Below, piece by piece: positions 45,104 through 53,578 of a stretch of DNA of 64,000 nt (position 1 is its first letter; the number at the start of each line of letters is the position of its first letter). The stretch spans positions 3,399-67,398 of the forward strand of contig DASRWT010000065.1 of assembly GCA_035654455.1 (NCBI GenBank), given 5' to 3'. The translations under genes were made by a program, and so were the position numbers. The DNA comes from Candidatus Nitrosocosmicus sp. Lineage in GTDB: Bacteria; Methylomirabilota; Methylomirabilia; Rokubacteriales; CSP1-6. The notes under the pieces were generated by a model that was given only the letters and a program-made list of their open reading frames with translations, was not told the origin of the DNA and did not search any database.

Positions 45104-45132
45104 TTAGTACGTTTCCCAGTCGGAATTGTCAA
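45104..45132 (-). promoter_or_regulatory. sigma70-like promoter of the sulfite reductase-siroheme operon
   Basis: Minus strand: perfect TTGACA (45132..45127), 17-nt spacer, TACTAA (45109..45104). Located in a less GC-rich 257-nt intergenic region. Confidence 0.5.
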
Positions 45133-45189
45133 GTACAAATTCGGCCTGAGCCGCCGCTCCGCTTCTGCAACAAGCTCTGACGACGCCGC

Positions 45190-46284
45190 TCAGCCGCCGG
45201 CGACGGTGACCCAGCCCCCGCGCCGCTCGGACTCCAGGACCGCGTCCAGCACCGCCTGCGCGCGCATGCCGTCCTCGAAGGACGGGCTCGCGCTCTCGCC
45301 CTTGCGGATGGCGGCGAGGAGCCGCTTCACCAGGGGCGCGATGGTGGCCTTGCCCACCGCTTCCATGGCGTCACCGTCGCCGGCCGAGCGCGGCACCACT
45401 GCCGGCACCTTCACGGGCAGCAGTCCGCCGCCGTTCTGGGTGGCGCGCAGCTCGGCATGCCACCATCGCGGCGCGTCGCGATTCATGCGGTAGACGAGCG
45501 CGCCCTTGTCTCCGTAGGCCTCGAGGGTGTTCTCGTTCGCGCCGCGCGCGGCGCGGCTCGCCTGGAGCGTGACGGTGGCGCCGGAGGCCAGCTCACCCAG
45601 CACCGCGCAGTAGTCCTCCGCGTCCGCGGCGCGCTCGCCGCCCGGCACGGTGCGCGAGGGATGGGCCACCGCGCCCAGGGCCGACACGCGCCGGAAATCG
45701 CCGAAGCTCCACCGCACGAGATCGATCAGGTGCACGCCCATGTCGCCCATGGCGCCATGCCCGGCCTGGGCGCGGTCCATGCGCCAGGTCGAGGCGGCCG
45801 ACTCGTCGGCCCACCGCGCGCCCAGCCAGCGGCCGCCCAGGTGAAAGGGCCGGCCCACGTGGCCCGCCGCGACCATTTCGTGAAAGCGCAGCATGGAGGC
45901 GGAGAATCGCCAGTTGAAGGCCGTCATCCCCACCCGCCGGGCGCGGGAGGCGGCGTCGATCATGGCGCGCGCTTCCTCCGCGTCCATGGCCAGCGGCTTC
46001 TCGCAGAGCACGTGCGCGCCGCGCTCGAACGCGGCGAGCGCGATGGTCTTGTGCAGCGCGGGCGGCGCCGCGATGACCACGATGTCCGGCCGCGCTTTCT
46101 CCAGCATCTCCTCCCAGCGCGCGAAGACCTGGGGCACGCCGTAGCGGTCGGCGATCTTCCGCGCGGCGCCTTCGTCACGCTGGCAGACCGCCACCACCTC
46201 GCAGCCATTGGCCTGGAAGGCCGGGATATGGGCGCGGCCGAAGCCGAGCCCGACGATACCCACCGTGTGCTTCTTGCGGGCCAT
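45190..46284 (-). CDS. Gfo/Idh/MocA family oxidoreductase
   Basis: 364 aa from MARKKHTVGIVGLGFGRAH. EKP motif (VLCEKPLA). Start overlaps the upstream stop (TGATG). Confidence 0.9.
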   Translation of the reverse strand: MARKKHTVGIVGLGFGRAHIPAFQANGCEVVAVCQRDEGAARKIADRYGVPQVFARWEEMLEKARPDIVVIAAPPALHKTIALAAFERGAHVLCEKPLAMDAEEARAMIDAASRARRVGMTAFNWRFSASMLRFHEMVAAGHVGRPFHLGGRWLGARWADESAASTWRMDRAQAGHGAMGDMGVHLIDLVRWSFGDFRRVSALGAVAHPSRTVPGGERAADAEDYCAVLGELASGATVTLQASRAARGANENTLEAYGDKGALVYRMNRDAPRWWHAELRATQNGGGLLPVKVPAVVPRSAGDGDAMEAVGKATIAPLVKRLLAAIRKGESASPSFEDGMRAQAVLDAVLESERRGGWVTVAGG

Positions 46285-48269
46285 CACTCGGCACCCCCGA
46301 GTCCGGCCTGAAAGAGGTCCCACTGCGCTCCCGCGCGCGCCACGATGGCGGGAATATCCTCGGCGAGCACGTGGCGCCGCTCCACCGCCGCCTCCGCCAC
46401 CGCGCGCACCCGCTCGAGATAGCCTGCCCGGTCCCGGTAGCGCTCCGCCATGGACGGGCGCGGATCACCGGCGCGCTCGCGCGCGTCGGCGGTGACGGCA
46501 AGCGGAAAGGTCGAACCCATCATGCTCATGAGGTCGCCGGGCGCGCCCTGGGACGGATGCCGGAGATTCCAGCCCGTGAAGGTGGCCAGCGGCGCCAGCA
46601 GCTCCGGCGGCCGGATCCCCGCCACCTCGTTGCCGTCCGCGTCCACCGCGGAGACATGGCTCACATAGGCCGGGCCCGCCTTGGGCGGCAGGTTCGACGC
46701 GATGCCGCGCGCCCAGTCCGAGCCCCAGTCCAGCCGCGCGGGCCGGCTGAGACGATCGGGAAAGCGCACGCCGGGAATGCGCGTGAAGACGGGCGCGGTC
46801 GACTCCGCGGCCACCGCGGTGCCGTCGGCCAGGCGCGGCACCGCGCTCGGCGGCGGCGCCGTCCCCTCCCGCACCCAGCGATCCAGGTTGACGAGCGCGG
46901 CGCGAAGCAGCGGGGCATAGTCCACGGTATTGAACGGGGCGCGGCCGCGGTCGCCGGTATTGGGATCGGCCGCCGCCGGCGGCAGCGCGCCCGGCGTGTG
47001 CTGGGTCCCCGCGAAGTGATAAATACGGACGTGGTCGGGCGGCTCCACGTCGGCGCGGCCCTCGACGTCGGTGTGCACGAGCGACGCGTCGCCGCGCCAG
47101 TACTCGGCCGAGGTGTTGACGGTGAAGATCTTCGGCATCTTGCCGCCGGCGGCCAGGCGCGACAGCAGCCCGTCGCGCTGCCCGGTCAGAGGATCCGACT
47201 GCTCGGCATCCGTGAACGGGAAGAGGCTGCCCACGCTCTGGGTGGCGTTGAGCGAGGGCTGCCCGAAGCGCATGTTGAACTCGCCCCGCCGCCCACCCGC
47301 CACGTGCGGGAAGACCGCATCGTAGACCTGGCGCCCGCTCTCGTCCTCGTTGAGCCCCAGATAGAGGAAGTGGCGGAGGAAGCGTCCCGTCTGCGAGACG
47401 CCGAAGGCATAGGCGCGGTCGAGCCGGCCCGCGCTGGGATTTCCCGCCCCCGCGGCGCCGAAGCGCAGCCACGCGCCCACGTCGCGCACCGCCAGGAGCC
47501 CGAGGCCCACCAGGGTCGGATCCTGGGAGCGGTAGATGAGCTCGTAGATCGCGCCCGGCTCGAAGCCTCCCGGGAGATGCAGATACGAGGCATCCGGCGA
47601 CACGCGCCCGTCCGCCCCTCGGCGGGCGAACCGCCATGCCGCGCGCGGCACCGGGAGGCGCGGCGCGCCCCCGTGCGCGCGCACCGTCAGCTCGGCCTCG
47701 GCGTCGTCGAGCGAGGCGGCGGGATACGGGATGTGATACCGGTCCGCGAGCGGCAAGGTGTCCACCCTCGCGTTCGGCCGCCACTGGCAGCGGAGCCGGC
47801 CGGTGACGGGCCCCTCGGCGCCGCGCGCCCGCGGCGAGTCCAGCGCCATGAGGCCGTCCTGGCGCGGCACGTCCGGCTGCCAACCGATCCAGGCCACGGT
47901 ATAGCCCCAGCGCATGAGGAAGCCGTTGCCGAAGTCTTCCGCAGTGGTGGGATCGGCGGCGCGCGGGGTGCTGTTGTACATCGCGAGCGCCACCTTGCGG
48001 CCGCGATTGGGCACGTCGACCAGCAAGCTGCGCCGGCCCTTGTCGGGATCGCGGGGCTGGAGGAGATAGAAGTCCCCGCTGAACTCCACGCGGCCGGCGG
48101 CATTCCGCGGCGCCAGCTCGAGGTCGGTGATGGCACGGTGCTGCGGGTGCGCGGGGTCCACCGCGAAGCGGAGCCGGCCGGCGATCTTCTCGTAGGGTCC
48201 CGCCTCGCCGAAGGGACGGCCGTCGAGGATGGGGACACGGGTGGTGATCTCGAGCGCGGTCACGGTCAT
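46284..48269 (-). CDS. large alpha/beta-hydrolase-domain protein of unknown function
   Basis: 661-aa ORF with good coding character (ggaaggag SD). GVSQTGRFLRHFLY resembles a G-x-S-x-G-type nucleophile elbow. Family assignment from memory only (Abhydrolase_10-like). Confidence 0.7.
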   Translation of the reverse strand: MTVTALEITTRVPILDGRPFGEAGPYEKIAGRLRFAVDPAHPQHRAITDLELAPRNAAGRVEFSGDFYLLQPRDPDKGRRSLLVDVPNRGRKVALAMYNSTPRAADPTTAEDFGNGFLMRWGYTVAWIGWQPDVPRQDGLMALDSPRARGAEGPVTGRLRCQWRPNARVDTLPLADRYHIPYPAASLDDAEAELTVRAHGGAPRLPVPRAAWRFARRGADGRVSPDASYLHLPGGFEPGAIYELIYRSQDPTLVGLGLLAVRDVGAWLRFGAAGAGNPSAGRLDRAYAFGVSQTGRFLRHFLYLGLNEDESGRQVYDAVFPHVAGGRRGEFNMRFGQPSLNATQSVGSLFPFTDAEQSDPLTGQRDGLLSRLAAGGKMPKIFTVNTSAEYWRGDASLVHTDVEGRADVEPPDHVRIYHFAGTQHTPGALPPAAADPNTGDRGRAPFNTVDYAPLLRAALVNLDRWVREGTAPPPSAVPRLADGTAVAAESTAPVFTRIPGVRFPDRLSRPARLDWGSDWARGIASNLPPKAGPAYVSHVSAVDADGNEVAGIRPPELLAPLATFTGWNLRHPSQGAPGDLMSMMGSTFPLAVTADARERAGDPRPSMAERYRDRAGYLERVRAVAEAAVERRHVLAEDIPAIVARAGAQWDLFQAGLGGAE

Positions 48270-49420
48270 GGGAGCACTCCTTCCTCTTCGGGAATTCCGA
48301 GATAGCCGCGGTAGAGCCGCAGCGTCCAGGCGCCGACGCCCAGCGCGAGCGCGACGGCGATGATGAGCGGCCCCGCCACGGGCACGAAGCGGGCCAGGGC
48401 CAGCGCCAGCACCGCCAGGGCCATCCAGGCGATGCGCGCGGCGCGGAGCTGTCGCGCGCCGCGCCGGAAGGCGCGGGCGCCGAGATCGCCGAGGGCGAAC
48501 GCGGCGGTGATGAAGCCGAGCAGGAGAGCGAGGCTATACAGCGCCACCAGGGCCAGCGCGAGCGGGAGCGCGACCACGGTGAGGGCGAGGCACACCGCCA
48601 CCAGGGGCGCGAGGGCGAGCACGGCCGCGCCGAGGCCGAGGCTCGCCCACGGCCGGCGTGCCACCGTGCGCGCGGCCGCCACCGTGAAGCGGGGAAACAG
48701 GAGAAAGAGCACCAGGCCGCTCACAAAGAGGTTCACCACCACCAGCGCCCGCGTCACCAGCCCGAGCAAGGTGAGCACGCGACCGGCGCGGTCAAAGAGC
48801 TCGGGCTGGCGCTGGATCACCCGCCCGGCGATGCGGGCCTCCGGCGCGATGCGCGCCTCCTGGCCGCTCCAGTAGGTGAGGTTCCCCGTGATGCGGGCGG
48901 TGGGCAGGATCTCGATGTCCCGCGCGGCCAGATAGACATCGCCTTCCACGGTGCCCCCGATGCGCACGCGCACCGCGGCCACGCGCAGCTCGCGCCGCAC
49001 CTGTCCCGACATGTCCACCCGCCGCCCGACAATCCAGGCCGAGCCGCCCACCCGGCTGGGCTCGGTGATCCGCACCACCTCTCCGGCGGCGAGGAGCCCG
49101 TCGCCGACTTCGGCGGCGATGACCACGATCTGCCCGGCGGCGCGGACATCGTCCAGGACGCGGCCGGCCACGAACACCGAGGCGGCCCCCGCCGCCACGT
49201 CGCCGCGGACGAGGCCTTCGATGGAAATGTTCCAGGCGCCGGCGGCCATGACGTCGCCCGCCGCCTCGCCGCGGAACTCGATGCGCTCGCCGGCCAGGTA
49301 GAGGTCCTCCGCGAAGGTGCCGGTCTTCACGAGGTGCAGGGCCGCCTCCTGTCCGGCGGCGGGCGCCGCGCCCGCGACCAGCGCGAGCAGGACCACATGG
49401 CAGAGCGAAACGGTGCGCAT
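48266..49420 (-). CDS. exported bactofilin-like (polymer-forming cytoskeletal repeat) protein with C-terminal multi-TM domain
   Basis: From MRTVSL (signal peptide). Repeated G-x-V-x-GDV / V-x-I-x-G beta-helix-like units, then about 5 hydrophobic helices. ATGA overlap with the downstream gene. Confidence 0.7.
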   Translation of the reverse strand: MRTVSLCHVVLLALVAGAAPAAGQEAALHLVKTGTFAEDLYLAGERIEFRGEAAGDVMAAGAWNISIEGLVRGDVAAGAASVFVAGRVLDDVRAAGQIVVIAAEVGDGLLAAGEVVRITEPSRVGGSAWIVGRRVDMSGQVRRELRVAAVRVRIGGTVEGDVYLAARDIEILPTARITGNLTYWSGQEARIAPEARIAGRVIQRQPELFDRAGRVLTLLGLVTRALVVVNLFVSGLVLFLLFPRFTVAAARTVARRPWASLGLGAAVLALAPLVAVCLALTVVALPLALALVALYSLALLLGFITAAFALGDLGARAFRRGARQLRAARIAWMALAVLALALARFVPVAGPLIIAVALALGVGAWTLRLYRGYLGIPEEEGVLP

Positions 49421-49453
49421 CGCGACCGCCCGACGGTAGCACAAGTTCCCGCC

Positions 49454-49482
49454 TTGACGAGTCCGGCGCGTCCGACTACTCT
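49454..49482 (+). promoter_or_regulatory. possible promoter of the DUF35-thiolase operon
   Basis: TTGACG (49454..49459), 17-nt spacer, TACTCT (49477..49482), about 50 nt upstream of ATG 49531. Confidence 0.35.
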
Positions 49483-49530
49483 CGGCGAGTCATCACGCAG
49501 CCTCCAGGCGAAAGGAGCCCGCCCCCGCCC

Positions 49531-49980
49531 ATGAGTCCCGCCGAGCTCGAGCGTCCGCTGCCCCAGCCCATCACGCCGGAGGCCAAGCCCTACTGGGACG
49601 GTCTCCGCGAGCAGAAGCTCATGCTGCCGAAGTGCCAGGATTGCGGCCACTGCTTCTTCTACCCGCGCGTCGTCTGCCCCCACTGCCACTCGCGCCGGAT
49701 CGGCTGGATCCAGTCCAGCGGTCGGGGCCGCCTCTTCTCCTTCGAGATCTCCTACCAGCCGCTCAACAAGGCGTTCAAGGTGAAGCCGCCGTACGTGCTG
49801 GCCATGGTCGAGCTCGAGGAGGGGCCGCGTCTCTTGTCCAATCTGGTGGGCATCGCCGCCGATCCCAAGCTCATCCGCTGCGACATGCCGGTGGAGGTCG
49901 TCTACGAGAAGCTCAACGACGAGTTCACCGTGCCTTTGTTCAAGCCGGCGGGAGCCGCGGGCGCCGGAGGGGGGCGATGA
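49531..49980 (+). CDS. Zn-ribbon/OB-fold protein (DUF35 family)
   Basis: 149 aa. Motif CQDCGHCFFYPRVVCPHCHS, a rubredoxin-like zinc ribbon, followed by an OB fold (GRLFSFEI...). Confidence 0.88.
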   Translation: MSPAELERPLPQPITPEAKPYWDGLREQKLMLPKCQDCGHCFFYPRVVCPHCHSRRIGWIQSSGRGRLFSFEISYQPLNKAFKVKPPYVLAMVELEEGPRLLSNLVGIAADPKLIRCDMPVEVVYEKLNDEFTVPLFKPAGAAGAGGGR

Positions 49981-51134
49981 GCGGGACCATGAAAGAGCTT
50001 TCCAACTCGGCCTGCATCGTCGGCGTGGACGAGAGCGACGAGATCGGCATCCTCCCCAACAAGAGCCAGCTCGCGCTGCACCTGGAAGCCATCACCAATG
50101 CGGTGCGGGACGCCGGCCTCAAGGTCAAGGACGTGGACGGCATCTTCACCGCCGGCCAGCACTCGCCGTCGCTGCTGGGCGAGGCCCTCGGCATCACGAC
50201 GCGCTACGTGGACGGCACCACCGTGGGCGGATGCTCCTTCATCATGATGGTGGGCCACGCGGTGGCGGCGCTGCATCACGGGCTCTGCGACGTGGCGGTG
50301 GTCTCGCACGGCGAGTCGGGGCGCTCCGGCGTGGGCGTCACCCGCAGCCGGGACACCAGCCTCTCCGGCCAGTTCGAGATCCCCTACGGCTTCGCCGGCG
50401 CGCCCACCTACTTCGGCATGATCACCACGCGTCACATGCACGAGCACGGCACCACGCTGGAACAGTGGGCGCAGGTGGCGGTGTCTACGCGAAAGTGGGC
50501 CGCCCTTAATCCCAAGGCCCGCAACCGCGAGCCCATCTCCGTGGCCGACGTGCTCGGCTCGCGCCCGGTCTGCTATCCGTTCAATCTCCTCAATATCTGC
50601 CTCGTCACCGACGCGGGCGGCGCGGTGGTGCTGACGCGGGCCGACCGGGCCAAGGACTGCGCGAAGAAGCCCGTCTACGTGCGGGGCGCGGGCGAGGCCA
50701 CCGAGCACGTGATGGTCACCCAGATGCGGGACCTCACCCATAGCGAGGCCACGCGGATGTCGGGCGAGAAGGCCTTCGGCATGGCGGGAGTGGACCGGAA
50801 GGACTTCAACCACATCATGCTCTACGACGCCTTCACCTCGGGGCCGCCCATCATGCTGGAGTCGCTGGGCTTCGCCAAGCGCGGCGAGGGCGTGCACTTC
50901 TTCGAGGAGGGCCGCTCCACGCCGGGGGGCTCCCTCCCCATCAATACCAATGGCGGGGGGCTCTCCTACACGCATACGGGAATGTACGGCATCTTCCCCA
51001 TCATCGAGTCCACCCGCCAGCTTCGCGGCGAGTGCGGCGCGCGCCAGGTGCCCAACTGCAATCTCTCCCTGGTCAACGGGATGGGGGGAATGCTGTCGGC
51101 GGCGGGCACTCTGGTGCTCGCCAACCAGCGCTAG
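49977..51134 (+). CDS. thiolase-like protein (SCP-x/nonspecific lipid-transfer thiolase type, DUF35 partner)
   Basis: 385 aa from ATG 49977 (ATGA overlap). Thiolase-fold features and C-terminal NTNGGGLS...GMGG. Confidence 0.9.
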   Translation: MSGTMKELSNSACIVGVDESDEIGILPNKSQLALHLEAITNAVRDAGLKVKDVDGIFTAGQHSPSLLGEALGITTRYVDGTTVGGCSFIMMVGHAVAALHHGLCDVAVVSHGESGRSGVGVTRSRDTSLSGQFEIPYGFAGAPTYFGMITTRHMHEHGTTLEQWAQVAVSTRKWAALNPKARNREPISVADVLGSRPVCYPFNLLNICLVTDAGGAVVLTRADRAKDCAKKPVYVRGAGEATEHVMVTQMRDLTHSEATRMSGEKAFGMAGVDRKDFNHIMLYDAFTSGPPIMLESLGFAKRGEGVHFFEEGRSTPGGSLPINTNGGGLSYTHTGMYGIFPIIESTRQLRGECGARQVPNCNLSLVNGMGGMLSAAGTLVLANQR

Positions 51135-51143
51135 GAGGGGGCG

Positions 51144-52286
51144 GTGCAGCGCAGCACCGATCGCATCCTCACCACTCACACCGGCAGTCTGCCCCGGCCC
51201 GATGACCTCACCCGGTCCATGTTCGCGAAGGAGGAGGGCGTGCCGGTGGACGCGGCCGCCCTCGCCGCGCGCATCAAGGCGGCGGTGGCGGAGGTGGTGG
51301 GCAAGCAGGTGGACGCGGGCATCGACGTGGTGGACGACGGCGAGTACAGCAAGCCCAGCTACGCGACCTATGTGAAGGACCGGTTGCACGGGTTCAAGGG
51401 CAAGTCCGAGCCGCTGCAATATCGCGACCTGGTGGATTTCCCCGGCATGGCCCGCCGCGTCTTCGGAGATCCCGGCCGGTCCCGCCGGAAGACGCCCGCC
51501 TGCACCGAGCCGGTGTCGCTGCGCGATCCCGACGCGGCCCGGGCCGACGCCGCCAATCTCGGCGCGGCGCCGGCCCGGGCGCGCGCCCGCGAGGCCTTCC
51601 TCACCGCCGCCTCCCCGGGCGTGATCTCGCTCTTCTTCAAGAACGAGCACTATCCGACCCACGAGGCCTATCTCTACGCCATCGCGGAGGCGATGAAGCA
51701 CGAGTACGAGACGGTGGCGGGCGCGGGCTTCGTGCTGCAGATCGACTGCCCCGACCTCGGCATGGGCCGGCACATCCAGTTCGCCGACCTCGATATCGCG
51801 GCGTTCCGCACCATGGCCCGGCTCCACATCGAGGCGCTGGATCACGCCCTCGCCAACGTCCCCCCGGAGCAGATCCGCATGCACGTGTGCTGGGGGAACT
51901 ACGAGGGGCCCCACCACTTCGACGTGGCGCTGGCGGACATCATCGACCTCGTGCTGGCCGCCCGCGCCACCGCCGTCTCCTTCGAGGGCGCCAATCCGCG
52001 GCATGCGCACGAGTGGCGCGTGTTCGAGACGGTGCGGGTGCCGGACGGCAAGACCATCATTCCGGGCGTCATCGACTCCACCACCAACTTCATCGAGCAC
52101 CCGCTCCTCGTCGCCGAGCGCATCACCCGCTACGCGCGCCTGGTGGGCCGCGAGAAGGTCATGGCGGGCACGGATTGCGGCTTCGGCACCTGGGTGGGCC
52201 AGGCGGCGGTGGATCCGGACATCGTCTGGGCCAAGCTGGGCAGCCTGGCCGAGGGCGCCCGGCTGGCGTCGCGCGAGCTCTGGTAG
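51144..52286 (+). CDS. cobalamin-independent methionine synthase (MetE C-terminal-like, UROD/MetE superfamily) family protein
   Basis: 380 aa from GTG 51144 (aggaggggg SD). N-terminal ILTTHTGSLPRP, then DDGEYSK and MHVCWGN, typical of MetE-like Zn alkyltransferases. Confidence 0.85.
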   Translation: MQRSTDRILTTHTGSLPRPDDLTRSMFAKEEGVPVDAAALAARIKAAVAEVVGKQVDAGIDVVDDGEYSKPSYATYVKDRLHGFKGKSEPLQYRDLVDFPGMARRVFGDPGRSRRKTPACTEPVSLRDPDAARADAANLGAAPARARAREAFLTAASPGVISLFFKNEHYPTHEAYLYAIAEAMKHEYETVAGAGFVLQIDCPDLGMGRHIQFADLDIAAFRTMARLHIEALDHALANVPPEQIRMHVCWGNYEGPHHFDVALADIIDLVLAARATAVSFEGANPRHAHEWRVFETVRVPDGKTIIPGVIDSTTNFIEHPLLVAERITRYARLVGREKVMAGTDCGFGTWVGQAAVDPDIVWAKLGSLAEGARLASRELW

Positions 52287-52325
52287 GAGACCTTCGGGTC
52301 GGAGAACGTGTCGGAGAGCTTGGTT

Positions 52326-52364
52326 CCGGCGCCGCCGCGGAAGCGCGTTCCGCGGCGGCGCCGG
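52326..52364. terminator. perfect 17-bp-arm hairpin between convergent genes
   Basis: CCGGCGCCGCCGCGGAA-gcgcg-TTCCGCGGCGGCGCCGG, no mismatch. It lies between the MetE-like stop (52286) and the lipoprotein stop (52385). No U-tract. Confidence 0.5.
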
Positions 52365-52384
52365 CCGGTGCTACGAACCCGTGA

Positions 52385-53080
52385 TCAGCAGGACTGCAGG
52401 CTGGGCGCGGCGGCGTCCTTCACCTTGAAGGTGGTGGTGAAGTTGTCCTCCCACACCTCGAGCGGGATGCGACCGTGCTCGTCGGTGCCGTCGAAGAAGT
52501 TGAGCTTGGCGCGGTTGACCAGCTCCGCCGCGGGCACGCGCCGCGCGAGGAAGCCCTGAGCGGTGGCCTTGTCCACCCAGAACACCAGGCTCTCGTTCAC
52601 CTTGCGGTCAGAGCCGGGCTTGGTCCACGACAGCACCACCCCGTAGCCCTGGACACCGCCGTCGCTGGCCACCCCCTTGAGGGCGGTCATCCGGCGCAGC
52701 AGGTCCACGCCGTAGCGCGAGAACATTGCGGACGCTCGCCGCTCCTTGGGGAAGGCCCCGAAGCGCTCATCGTCCTTCTGGTCGATGAGGATCCAGGTGG
52801 CAAGAAACCGCTCGTCTTCCTGAGCCCACTTGGGCTTGCGGAAGCCGATGCCGCGAGTATTCACGTTCACCCACGGCAGACACGTGCTGATGCTGTCGTA
52901 GAGGCTGACGAGCTGACCATGGTGCGTGCTCGCCAGGGTGCGCGCTTTCGGAGTACTGTACTGATCGGGCGTGCCGATCGCTTCGTCAACCGGCACCGCG
53001 GCCGCAGGCCCGCCGCAGCCGAGCGCCAGGGTCACCGCCGCCGCCGCGACGAGATACTTGCGAATGGTTACACGCTTCAT
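52385..53080 (-). CDS. hypothetical lipoprotein
   Basis: 231 aa. Signal peptide with lipobox LALGC, aggagg SD, C-terminal Cys. No recognised domain. Confidence 0.7.
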   Translation of the reverse strand: MKRVTIRKYLVAAAAVTLALGCGGPAAAVPVDEAIGTPDQYSTPKARTLASTHHGQLVSLYDSISTCLPWVNVNTRGIGFRKPKWAQEDERFLATWILIDQKDDERFGAFPKERRASAMFSRYGVDLLRRMTALKGVASDGGVQGYGVVLSWTKPGSDRKVNESLVFWVDKATAQGFLARRVPAAELVNRAKLNFFDGTDEHGRIPLEVWEDNFTTTFKVKDAAAPSLQSC

Positions 53081-53317
53081 TTGGAGCCTCCTGGAGCGAG
53101 GCCTTCAAGCGCCCGGGAATCCGGGACGCGGCCTCGTCACCGGGTGTAGAGAGCAACCGGGATGCCAGCCTGGGCCGCTGCGACCGGGGAGGGATATCCC
53201 CTTGCACGTCAACTACATCGGCGTCGGGTAGCGGTAAAGGGCCTCTTCCACCGCCCCGCGAACGTCAGGCTGCTGACGAACTGTCCGCGCGGCGAAACAC
53301 CACAGGGGGGACCGACC

Positions 53318-53566
53318 ATGGGCCTGCTCATCTCCATCATCATCGGCGGCATCATCGGCTGGCTTGCCAGCCTCATCATGAAGACCGACGCCCAGATGGG
53401 GATTCTCGCCAATGTCGTGGTGGGCATCGTGGGCTCCGCCCTGGGCCACTTCCTGGCCGGCGCCCTGGGACTCGCCGCCTACGGCCTGCCGGCGCGGCTG
53501 CTCGTCTCGGTGGTGGGCGCGGTGGTGCTGATCGCGATCCTGCGCGCGCTCGGCCTCTTCCACTAG
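53318..53566 (+). CDS. GlsB/YeaQ/YmgE family stress-response membrane protein
   Basis: 82 aa from MGLLISIIIGGIIGWLASLIM, with a typical Gly-zipper TM pattern. The track 5' extension is rejected. Confidence 0.85.
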   Translation: MGLLISIIIGGIIGWLASLIMKTDAQMGILANVVVGIVGSALGHFLAGALGLAAYGLPARLLVSVVGAVVLIAILRALGLFH

Positions 53567-53578
53567 ACGCGCCCGCGC

